Below are positions 8,803 through 15,758 of a stretch of 40,000 bases of DNA, piece by piece (position 1 is the first letter of the stretch; every line of letters begins with the position of its first letter). The notes under the pieces are model-generated. The model did no database searches and was not told the DNA's origin. It was given only the letters and a program-made list of their open reading frames with translations. Position numbers and translations under genes: made by a program. The DNA comes from an uncultured Rhodanobacteraceae bacterium (GTDB lineage: Bacteria > Pseudomonadota > Gammaproteobacteria > Xanthomonadales > Rhodanobacteraceae): positions 1-40,000 of the forward strand of contig CAYWZC010000003.1 in NCBI GenBank assembly GCA_964462745.1. Reading direction: 5' to 3'.

Positions 8803-9249
8803 ATGGCGACACGAACCGAAATGGACAGATGGCTCGGTATCTCCAGCGCGTTGTTGGGCGACCTGATGCCCGCCGGCACGGGACCCGAAATCTTCGGGAA
8901 CGACCTCCCGCCCGCCGAGTTCCGCAGGCTCGTGGATGAGGAAAGTGCGGCGGTCGACGAGGCCCTCGTTGCGATGGCAACGGCTGCCGACGAGCACGCC
9001 GTGCGGGCCATCGCTCGGTCGCTGGATCGACGCACCGTCATTGCGTGGTTTTCCCGTTGGGCGCACTACCACGATCGATGGGAGAGCCTCCTGCAGAACC
9101 CGCAGGCGATGGAGATGCACTGGATTCCACCGCGGGATACCTGGCGCGCGGTTCTGCTGGCGATGACCCAGGAAAACGACCGCTCAACAGCCGCCTGCAC
9201 AGCGCTATGGGGGGATGCGTTCGGAGAACCGTCGGGGACACTGGGATGA
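8803..9249 (+). CDS. Hypothetical protein (148 aa), plus strand inside the leftward early region
   Basis: C-terminal part of tracked ORF 8239-9249 starting ATG 8803 (MATRTEMDRWLG...). Mostly G/C-ending codons in this frame and a diverse W/D/E-rich composition. The competing minus-strand ORFs here are S/A/R-rich junk. Confidence 0.5.
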   Translation: MATRTEMDRWLGISSALLGDLMPAGTGPEIFGNDLPPAEFRRLVDEESAAVDEALVAMATAADEHAVRAIARSLDRRTVIAWFSRWAHYHDRWESLLQNPQAMEMHWIPPRDTWRAVLLAMTQENDRSTAACTALWGDAFGEPSGTLG

Positions 9250-9296
9250 AACAGGATGCGGGCATGCGACGAATTCCCCTGTCAGATCGTTGCGAG

Positions 9297-9593
9297 TCAG
9301 GCGACGCGGCGGGCCGGGTCGGCGGTGAATGCGGCGAGGCGGCGCGCGATCTCGGCGCCGGAGACGGGCTTGCGTCGGCGCACGGCGTTGGGGCCGTACC
9401 ACTGCGGCCACAGCTGCTCGCGCGACACGCCGGTGGCGGTCGTGATGCGGTTCTCGACCTTGCGGCTGCGGCTGCGCCCGTGGACGACGGCGTTCACTGT
9501 GTTTGGCGCGACGCCGCACTGGTCGGCGATCTCGGCCTGCGTGATGCCCGCAAGCATCAGCGCGATCTTCACGGTGGCGGCGGAATTGGTCAT
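9297..9593 (-). CDS. Ner-family HTH DNA-binding protein (98 aa)
   Basis: GITQAEIADQCGVAPNTVNAVVHGRSRSRKVENRI...LWPQWYG matches the Mu Ner/Nlp pattern (HTH followed by IWPxRY). Confidence 0.75.
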   Translation of the reverse strand: MTNSAATVKIALMLAGITQAEIADQCGVAPNTVNAVVHGRSRSRKVENRITTATGVSREQLWPQWYGPNAVRRRKPVSGAEIARRLAAFTADPARRVA

Positions 9594-9624
9594 TGCGGTC
9601 CTGATTGCGCGATCGATCGCGCCA

Positions 9625-9657
9625 GTAAACTGCGCGGATTAAATGCAGTGCAGTTAC
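9625..9657. promoter_or_regulatory. Candidate operator in the 104-bp divergent region between the two Ner-like genes
   Basis: GTAAACTGC(9625-9633)...GCAGTGCAGTTAC(9645-9657). An imperfect inverted repeat with tandem GCAGT, flanking an AT-rich GGATTAAAT core. Confidence 0.35.
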
Positions 9658-9697
9658 CTTACTCGTTCGCCCGCGCGGATGTCAAGCGGCTGGCGGG

Positions 9698-10102
9698 GTG
9701 CGCCTGATGCACCCGGCCCAGATCAAGGCGGCGCTGGCAGTCGCGGGATTCAAACAAGTCGATCTGGCCCGCGACCTCGGGCTGGCTGGCAACACGATCA
9801 ATGCCGTCATCAACGGCCGCAGCCGCAGCAAGCAGGTCGAGGAGCGCATCGCCGAAATCACCCGCCTGCCGCTCGCCGAGCTCTGGCCGCAGTGGTACGG
9901 CGAGGGGCCGCTGACGCTGATCAGCATCGAGCGCGAGCTGGTGCTCTTGTTCCGCGCCGCGACACCGGAGCGCCGCGCGCGGGCGCTGAAGCTGCTGGCC
10001 GATGGAACCGACCCGGGCGGCGGACACCAGGTGCACGCCGACCGGGGCAGCATCGCCTCGATGGGCAACGTCGAGATCGGCGTGCCACGCAAGAAGAAGT
10101 AG
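9698..10102 (+). CDS. Ner-family HTH protein with a ~60-aa C-terminal extension; repressor candidate (134 aa, start may be ATG 9707)
   Basis: FKQVDLARDLGLAGNTINAVINGRSRSKQVEERI...LWPQWYG is paralogous to ORF 9297-9593. Divergently transcribed from it and heads the rightward accessory gene string. Confidence 0.7.
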   Translation: MRLMHPAQIKAALAVAGFKQVDLARDLGLAGNTINAVINGRSRSKQVEERIAEITRLPLAELWPQWYGEGPLTLISIERELVLLFRAATPERRARALKLLADGTDPGGGHQVHADRGSIASMGNVEIGVPRKKK

Positions 10103-10208
10103 GAGATTTCGCACAAGCCCGCGCGGCGTTGTCCTACAGAAAACCGGCAACGACGCTGGCAGGCTGAAGGCTTCCGCGCCTTGGGGCGCATGCAACAGGG
10201 GAATCGAT

Positions 10209-10592
10209 ATGTACGAGGACTATCCCGGTTCGGTCTGTGCGGATCGCGGCGGCATCGCGGCCGGCCGCGACGTGCGCTACTACGAGGTGCGCGAGGTGTA
10301 CGTGACGCCCGCCACCTGTCCGGTGTGTGAGCTGCGCTTGCTACGAAGGGGCATGGACGTGTGCGCGCATTGCGCGGAGCGCGAGGCGGAGCAACAGCGC
10401 GCGCAGTCCGTGGTGCGGTTCGTAGGCTTGGTGTTCGCGTGCGCGATCCTGCTGCTGCCGCTCGTGGCGTTCGATGCGCCGGTCTGGACCTGGAGCCTCG
10501 TTGTTTCTACCGGGATGATGATCGCCTGGTATCAGTGGGGCATGCCGCTCCTCGCCCGCCTGCGCGCGATTTCACCCTGGCCTACCCCCTGA
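10209..10592 (+). CDS. Membrane protein with zinc-ribbon-like CPVC...CAHC and two TM helices (127 aa)
   Basis: Internal ATG 10209 of tracked ORF 10002-10592, preceded by AGGGGA. Hydrophobic segments FVGLVFACAILLLPLVAF and WSLVVSTGMMIAWYQW. Confidence 0.5.
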   Translation: MYEDYPGSVCADRGGIAAGRDVRYYEVREVYVTPATCPVCELRLLRRGMDVCAHCAEREAEQQRAQSVVRFVGLVFACAILLLPLVAFDAPVWTWSLVVSTGMMIAWYQWGMPLLARLRAISPWPTP

Positions 10593-10725
10593 GGCCGGGG
10601 CGCGTCGCCGTACGTCGGGAGACGCGCGGCGGCGCACCTTATTGTGGGTTGCGCTGCGCGGCGGCCGACGCCAAATTTGCACGGGCCGCCCGTCGGCGGT
10701 ACGGTGCCACGAAAGGAGGGATATC

Positions 10726-11130
10726 ATGAATCGGATTGCTGTTCTGCTGACTGCGGCGCTGTCGATCGCTGGCGCAGCGCGCGCCCAATTGCCCGCATAC
10801 CACGAGCTCTACGTCTTCACGCAATCGATGATGTATTACGTCGGCCATTGTCAGGCGATCGACAACGGCCCGTACCAGTGGACCGGGGCTCAAGGGCAAA
10901 TCCGGCTGAACTGTCCGTATCTCCCGGCAGGTACACCTGTTGCGCCAACTGCCCGCACGCCACCGCTGGGGATGGGGGAATGGGATTTTGTCGTCACGGT
11001 TGGCGACGCGACATGGATGGGTGAGCACTGCACCTCGGACTACCACGTCCCGAACACCATCGGGGGCTACGACACGGTCTTGCACTGCCCCGCAGCGCCT
11101 CCACCGGACCGGACAGGTCGACACGACTGA
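10726..11130 (+). CDS. Secreted cysteine-containing protein (134 aa)
   Basis: ATG 10726 preceded by a strong SD, GAAAGGAGGG. Signal peptide MNRIAVLLTAALSIAGAARA. Four Cys in the mature part. Confidence 0.55.
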   Translation: MNRIAVLLTAALSIAGAARAQLPAYHELYVFTQSMMYYVGHCQAIDNGPYQWTGAQGQIRLNCPYLPAGTPVAPTARTPPLGMGEWDFVVTVGDATWMGEHCTSDYHVPNTIGGYDTVLHCPAAPPPDRTGRHD

Positions 11131-11260
11131 ACCGCCCGGCACGAACCCCGGCATCTACGTCGACGACCAGATCCTGGTAAGCGGGTTCGATTCCGGTTGA
11201 CGCGGGGGAGCGTCGCAGGCCGCGAGACGCGGGCTTCGGAAACTACAGGGGAGAAATGCG

Positions 11261-12208
11261 ATGAGGGTAAGCTATTTCGGGTACTCCGTGCGACACATCG
11301 GCACGGGGGAGTACTGGCTCGTCGATCTTAGAGACTTCGTTTCCGGATTCGTTGCAGCCGACGAATCCGAAATCAAAAATGGGCTGACGTACAACGGTGA
11401 GCAGATCTTTCTTTTGCCGCACAAGCCGCCTGTCTACCTGTTTGTTCAAGCACGAGACCACGAGATCATCAAGGCCATCCGGAAGCGGGAGATGTCCGTT
11501 GAGGACATCCATGCAGCGCTCAATGGTGCGTCCGTTGGCTTCGCGTCTTACGTGCTGATGGGAGAGCATTGGTTCGGTATCGGGTGTCGGGTGCTGTCGC
11601 CGCGCGTGAATGCCTTCGCGGCGTTTGTTCAGGACGTGTTTCAGGCGTTGCGCGTTCCCTATCAGTTCTCAGTTCAAGCGCTCACCGAGCAGATTCCGAA
11701 ATCGCACGTTCAGAAGCTGTACCAGGTCAACTCAGTGTCGATCGGAATGGAGATCGAGAATGGTTTGGCTCGGCACATCTACAACCTGTTGACCGGGGGA
11801 TCCGACGCAGGGTTGGCCGACGTGGCGAACATGGAGGTGACAATACGCCGTCGGCGAAAGGGAAACCACAGCATCAAGGACTCAGCTCAGGCGATTGTGA
11901 ACTCCGTGCCTGATGAAGGACTCGAATCGTTGGAGGCGAAGGCCAAGAAGGAGTTGAGTGAGGGCGTGACAGACGTTTACATCGTCGGGCAGGGTGGCCT
12001 CCGTGACTTCGTGCCGGGAGATTCGGAGGCCCACATCGCCGAGCAGATGCAAGAACGAGCGGCTGGCAACTCGGTACTGCGGGACAAGCTGGGGGAGATC
12101 AGGGGTGATGAAAACTTCAACACAGCGGTGGCTCCTCGTGAGCTTGGTCTCGATTGGGAATCTGCCATCGCTCGTTACGTACGCCCTGCTGCTGCGAGGA
12201 GAAGGTAG
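11261..12208 (+). CDS. rexA: RexA-like protein (315 aa)
   Basis: By-eye colinear similarity to lambda RexA as remembered: MSVEDIHAAL vs ASVEDIKNSL; VGFASYVLMGEHWFGIG vs LGFPSFLFVEGDTIGFA; EAHIAEQM vs AEIAEEM. SD AGGGGAG upstream. Lower-GC region. Confidence 0.65.
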   Translation: MRVSYFGYSVRHIGTGEYWLVDLRDFVSGFVAADESEIKNGLTYNGEQIFLLPHKPPVYLFVQARDHEIIKAIRKREMSVEDIHAALNGASVGFASYVLMGEHWFGIGCRVLSPRVNAFAAFVQDVFQALRVPYQFSVQALTEQIPKSHVQKLYQVNSVSIGMEIENGLARHIYNLLTGGSDAGLADVANMEVTIRRRRKGNHSIKDSAQAIVNSVPDEGLESLEAKAKKELSEGVTDVYIVGQGGLRDFVPGDSEAHIAEQMQERAAGNSVLRDKLGEIRGDENFNTAVAPRELGLDWESAIARYVRPAAARRR

Positions 12209-12590
12209 CGTTCTCTTGGGGACGCTCGGTGATCAGGTGGAGGCCTTTGCCACGACCGCAGCGAGCTTCTCCTTCTCGATGCTCGGCTTTCTCGTGGCTG
12301 CGATGGCGCTGATCAGCGTACTCTCTCAGACACGGGCATTTCGGACGTATCGGCAGCGCGGCTACCTGACTGTCTTCCTGTGGGGCTCCGCGATAGCCAT
12401 GTTGGAGCTGACGCTGGCGTTTCTTGCATCCCTGCGGTTGTTTTTCGCGCCCGTGACGGAATCGAAGCTTGCGTGCGCGGTTGTCGCCCTTGCAGCGGCC
12501 ATTGGGATGGTCGTCATGGTATTGATGCCGGTCATCGGCATGCAGGTCCGTGCGGCGAAAGAGGGCCGCGCCATCAGTAGCACCCGCTAA
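12108..12590 (+). CDS. rexB: RexB-like four-TM membrane protein (160 aa)
   Basis: Internal ATG 12108 of tracked ORF 11994-12590. Four hydrophobic helices. SQTRAFRTYRQRGYLTVFLWGSAIAMLELT resembles lambda RexB GSRTRRLAKIREYGYMTSVVIVYALSFVELG as remembered. Overlaps the RexA-like ORF by 101 nt. Confidence 0.65.
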   Translation: MKTSTQRWLLVSLVSIGNLPSLVTYALLLRGEGSVLLGTLGDQVEAFATTAASFSFSMLGFLVAAMALISVLSQTRAFRTYRQRGYLTVFLWGSAIAMLELTLAFLASLRLFFAPVTESKLACAVVALAAAIGMVVMVLMPVIGMQVRAAKEGRAISSTR

Positions 12591-12595
12591 AAGAC
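12574..12595 (+). repeat. 22-bp motif TCAGTAGCACCCGCTAAAAGAC (copy 1)
   Basis: 21/22 identical to 22291-22312. Both copies are followed by a GCGCCC-containing stretch. Copy 1 covers the last codons (SSTR) and stop of the RexB-like gene. Confidence 0.7.
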
Positions 12596-12606
12596 CTGCG
12601 CCCCGT

Positions 12607-12630
12607 CCATGCCGCAGCCTCGCGGCATGG
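12607..12630 (+). promoter_or_regulatory. Perfect 9-bp stem-loop enclosing both candidate holin start codons
   Basis: CCATGCCGC (12607-12615), loop AGCCTC, GCGGCATGG (12622-12630). ATG 12609 lies in the 5' arm and ATG 12627 in the 3' arm. Confidence 0.5.
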
Positions 12631-12998
12631 ACATTCGATCGCTGCTCCGTTCCTTCCGCGTACGCGCCGGGCTCTGGCTGAGCGGCGCGCTCCTGCTGCT
12701 CTCGCACCTGCGCGATCTCGGTCGCGTCGGCGCGCTGCTCGTCGTCGGCCTGGTCACGCTCTGGCTGATCGCGGTGCCGAACCCGCTGGTCGAGGCGACC
12801 AACCCGGTCAAGGTCGGGCTGCTCGCGTGGCTGGTGTGCAAGGAGTCGGTGCTCGCGTACCTCGGGTACTGGATCGACCGGTTGCTGCATCCGCGATCGC
12901 GGCCCGGCAACTTGCGCGACATCGAGCGCATGGCGGCGGAGAAGCGGCGCGCGTTCATCGTGTGTGCGGCCATGATCGCGGGCGGGCTGTTCCAATGA
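12609..12998 (+). CDS. Putative holin, multi-TM membrane protein (129 aa; alternative start 12627)
   Basis: Several hydrophobic helices (LWLSGALLLLSHL, VGALLVVGLVTLWLIAV, and others). Directly upstream of the endolysin and overlapping it by ATGA. Confidence 0.5.
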   Translation: MPQPRGMDIRSLLRSFRVRAGLWLSGALLLLSHLRDLGRVGALLVVGLVTLWLIAVPNPLVEATNPVKVGLLAWLVCKESVLAYLGYWIDRLLHPRSRPGNLRDIERMAAEKRRAFIVCAAMIAGGLFQ

Positions 12999-13684
12999 GG
13001 ATGCGGCCTGCCGCCATCTTGCTGGGGCTGCTCGGGCTGTTCGCCGCCGCCGCGGCGATCAATGCCCTGGTCGGGCTGGCTCGCTCCGCGCATGCGGCGA
13101 CGACGCTGCCCGAGGTCGCCGTGGTCGAGCACATCGCCATTCCTTCGGCGTCGTACCTGTATCGCCTGAAATTGGTGCGCGAGGTGGTGCATCGCTTCGC
13201 CGACGATCGGCCGGTCGCGCGCATCGCCGCGCAGATGCACCAGGAGAGCCTCTGGCGCGCGGATGCGCGCAGTCGCTACGCCAACGGCTTGGCGCAGTTC
13301 ACCCCAGCCACGGCCGAATGGCTGCCGACGATCTGCCCCGAGATCGGCGCGCCGGATCCGTGGAGCCCGACATGGAGCGTACGCGCGGCGGTGTGCTACG
13401 ACGCGTGGCTGCATGCGCGGGTGAACGACGCCGCGACCGATTGCGACCGCTGGGCGATGACGCTGGCCGGCTACAACGGCGGCGAGCGCTGGCGCCAGCG
13501 CGACCAGGGCCTCGCGCGCGCGGCCGGCGCCGATCCGGCGGTGTGGTTCGGCAGCGTGGAGAACTACTCCGCACGCGCGGCGTGGGCGATCCGCGAAAAC
13601 CGCGCGTACGTGCGCCGCATCCTGCGCACGCTCGAACCCGTGTACATCGCGGCCGGCTGGCCGGGACAGGCGGTGTGCGCATGA
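12995..13684 (+). CDS. Endolysin: SLT-type lytic transglycosylase with N-terminal signal-anchor (SAR-like) (229 aa)
   Basis: Internal ATG 12995 of tracked ORF 12827-13684. N-terminus MRMRPAAILLGLLGLFAAAAAINALVGLA. Catalytic-type motif AAQMHQESLW...ANGLAQF. Confidence 0.75.
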   Translation: MRMRPAAILLGLLGLFAAAAAINALVGLARSAHAATTLPEVAVVEHIAIPSASYLYRLKLVREVVHRFADDRPVARIAAQMHQESLWRADARSRYANGLAQFTPATAEWLPTICPEIGAPDPWSPTWSVRAAVCYDAWLHARVNDAATDCDRWAMTLAGYNGGERWRQRDQGLARAAGADPAVWFGSVENYSARAAWAIRENRAYVRRILRTLEPVYIAAGWPGQAVCA

Positions 13685-13959
13685 TGACGCGGCGCGAAAT
13701 CGCCTGGACGCTCGCCGGCATCGTGCTGTACCTCGCCGCGCTGTTCGGCACGCAGTACCTGCGCGATGCCCACGCGCAACCGGCACCGGCGCGCATCGGC
13801 GAGATGGACGTGCTGGTGCTGCGCCACACGTACGACGGCCCGGTCGAGTTCACCGGCTACCTGCTCGACTTCCGCTACGGGCCGGATGCGGTGTACGTCG
13901 AGATCCTCGACGACGGCGACGGCATCTTCCGCGCGGACTTCGACGGAGGCGCGCCATGA
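13681..13959 (+). CDS. Small membrane-anchored protein (92 aa)
   Basis: ATG 13681 makes an ATGA overlap with the endolysin stop. TM segment IAWTLAGIVLYLAALFG. Confidence 0.4.
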   Translation: MMTRREIAWTLAGIVLYLAALFGTQYLRDAHAQPAPARIGEMDVLVLRHTYDGPVEFTGYLLDFRYGPDAVYVEILDDGDGIFRADFDGGAP

Positions 13960-14345
13960 CGCACGCGGCGAAGCGCCAGGCGGTGGACGTGATGCGCGAG
14001 CTGCTCGCGCGTTCTTTTGTTGGCGATACCGGTACGCCCACCGAGGATCTCGCGCGCGCGATCTTCGCGCGGGCGCGATCGGCCGAAGGCTGCAAGGCGG
14101 TCACCGTCCTGGTCGACGACGATACCGGTGCGGTGTATGCACCGAAGGCCACCGCGCAGGGCGCGATCCTCGCCGCGCACGTGTGCCCCGGCTGGCTGGT
14201 CGGCACGTACAGCGTGGCGTCCTCGGCCGTGCGAATCGCGAAAGACCTGCGCCGCGCGATCGACGGCACGCTGCCGCGCGATGCCGCGCCACCCGCACCG
14301 CGCGCGTCGCAACGGGTCGTGGCCGGTTGGGGGTATGCGGCATGA
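13956..14345 (+). CDS. Hypothetical protein (129 aa)
   Basis: Tracked ORF with 4-nt overlaps on both sides. Confidence 0.4.
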   Translation: MTHAAKRQAVDVMRELLARSFVGDTGTPTEDLARAIFARARSAEGCKAVTVLVDDDTGAVYAPKATAQGAILAAHVCPGWLVGTYSVASSAVRIAKDLRRAIDGTLPRDAAPPAPRASQRVVAGWGYAA

Positions 14346-14704
14346 GCCAGGTCTACCTGATCGCCGCACTCGCACTCGCGCTGATCGTGTCGGTCGCGGC
14401 CAACGTGCACCAGCTGCGAGCGTCGGCCGCGGCGGAAGCGACCGCGAGCGGCACCGTCGATCGCGTGATAGACATCAACGCCGGCTGCGCCGCGGTGACC
14501 GCGCGGCTGAAGCTGGACCGCACCGCGTGCGAGACGCAACTGTCGCTCGACCGCGCGCAGCGTGCGGCCGCGTTCGCGGCGCGCACCGCCGAAGCGGCCG
14601 ACATCGCTGCGTGGCGCGAAGAGCGCCGCGCCCGCGCCGCCGCATCGCAGGCCGGCCAATGCGCCGAGTGGGCCGCGCAGCCGGCGTGCGGGGTGACGCC
14701 GTGA
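14342..14704 (+). CDS. Rz-like inner-membrane spanin (120 aa)
   Basis: ATG 14342. N-terminal TM VYLIAALALALIVSVAANV, then an Ala/Arg/Glu-rich coiled coil. Lies in the lysis cassette. Confidence 0.6.
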   Translation: MSQVYLIAALALALIVSVAANVHQLRASAAAEATASGTVDRVIDINAGCAAVTARLKLDRTACETQLSLDRAQRAAAFAARTAEAADIAAWREERRARAAASQAGQCAEWAAQPACGVTP

Positions 14705-14994
14705 TCCGCGCGCTGGTCGCCTGCACACTCGTGCTCGCGCTCGGCGCGTGCGACTTGCAGCGCCGCGTCGTGGTCAAGCCGGTGCCGGTGGAAGTGGTGC
14801 GCTACGTGCAGGCATCGATCGATCCCGCGCTGACCGCGCCGATCGTGGTGCGCGAGCCGGACGCGCTGTGCTGGCTCGACGTGCGCGTGTTCTGCAACGG
14901 GCAGTTGCAGACGATGCTGGACGACTATCGCGCGGCGGTGCGGCAATGCAACGCCGACCGCTCCGCGCTGCGGGAGCCAGCCGATGGCGAGTGA
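14701..14994 (+). CDS. Rz1-like outer-membrane lipoprotein spanin (97 aa, GTG start)
   Basis: GTG 14701 makes a GTGA overlap with the i-spanin stop. Lipobox LVLALGAC. Separate rather than embedded arrangement. Confidence 0.55.
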   Translation: MIRALVACTLVLALGACDLQRRVVVKPVPVEVVRYVQASIDPALTAPIVVREPDALCWLDVRVFCNGQLQTMLDDYRAAVRQCNADRSALREPADGE

Positions 14995-15175
14995 CCGCAG
15001 GTGGGCGCTCGATCTTGCCGACGCGTGGGACCGCGAGGCGGTCTCGCTGGCGCGGCAGGCCGACGCGCGCGACATGACCGACATCGAGCGGCGCCTGCTG
15101 CGCATGCATGCGCGCGTGCGCACCGGATGCGCCACGGAATTGCGCGCCGCCGCGCAGAAGATGGCAGCGAGGTGA
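14984..15175 (+). CDS. Hypothetical small protein (63 aa)
   Basis: Tracked ORF, packed between neighbours. Confidence 0.35.
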   Translation: MASDRRWALDLADAWDREAVSLARQADARDMTDIERRLLRMHARVRTGCATELRAAAQKMAAR

Positions 15176-15420
15176 ACGTGGACGAGATCGACCGCGCGCA
15201 GGAACGCGAGCAGCAGGATCGCGATGCCGCGCTCGCCGCGGCGCAGGCGCGCATCGCGGCGTCGTTCGAGCCGCGCGACCCGCGCATCGATGCGCTGTGC
15301 ATCGATTGCGACGAACCCATCGATCCCGCACGGCTGGCTGCCGTGCGTGCAACCAGCCGCTGCACGCCGTGCGCGGCCGCGTGGGAAGCGCGCCTTCGAC
15401 AGCAATGGGGGAATGCCTGA
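15172..15420 (+). CDS. TraR/DksA-family C4 zinc-finger protein (~82 aa, GTG start)
   Basis: CIDCDEPIDPARLAAVRATSRCTPCA preceded by DRAQEREQQDRDAAL, typical of phage TraR-like proteins. Confidence 0.65.
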   Translation: MNVDEIDRAQEREQQDRDAALAAAQARIAASFEPRDPRIDALCIDCDEPIDPARLAAVRATSRCTPCAAAWEARLRQQWGNA

Positions 15421-15758
15421 TGCACGAACTGGACTGGGGCGCATGGTTGACGCTGGCCGCCGTCGTATCCGCCGCGTGCGCGATCGTGGCCGCGGCCGTG
15501 AGCGTCGGCATCTGGCGCCGCGGCGCCGACGATCGCGCGCAGGTTGCCGCGCTCGCGCGCGTGGTCGCGCGCATCGAGATGCACCAGGAGAGCGAGGACA
15601 AGCACGTGCTGCGCCCGCGCGATCTCGGTGCGATCCACGAGCGCATCAACCGTGTCGCCGAGGAACTCGCCGCGACGCGCGCGCAGGCGAGCACCGAGAC
15701 CCGGATGCTCAGCGAGCAACTCTCCATCGTGCAGCGATTGCTGGAGACCCACCGATGA
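15420..15758 (+). CDS. Membrane-anchored coiled-coil protein, DUF2730-like (112 aa)
   Basis: ATG 15420 overlaps the upstream stop. TM WLTLAAVVSAACAIVAAAVSVGIW followed by a coiled coil. Lies just upstream of the packaging genes, as in Mu-like phages. Confidence 0.45.
   Translation: MHELDWGAWLTLAAVVSAACAIVAAAVSVGIWRRGADDRAQVAALARVVARIEMHQESEDKHVLRPRDLGAIHERINRVAEELAATRAQASTETRMLSEQLSIVQRLLETHR

Noticed and set aside
8222-9120. N-terminal extensions of tracked ORFs 7901-8980 (359 aa) and 8218-9120 (300 aa).
   Set aside because: Only the C-terminal 106 and 154 aa look like real HTH proteins. The extensions are R/P/G-rich, overlap each other and the plus-strand gene, and internal ATGs give neat ATGA coupling.
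11994-12107. Upstream 38 codons of tracked ORF 11994-12590 as part of the RexB-like protein.
   Set aside because: This part is an Arg/Ser/Cys-rich non-membrane sequence lying fully inside the RexA-like frame. ATG 12108 has an SD-like purine run and starts directly at the first TM helix.
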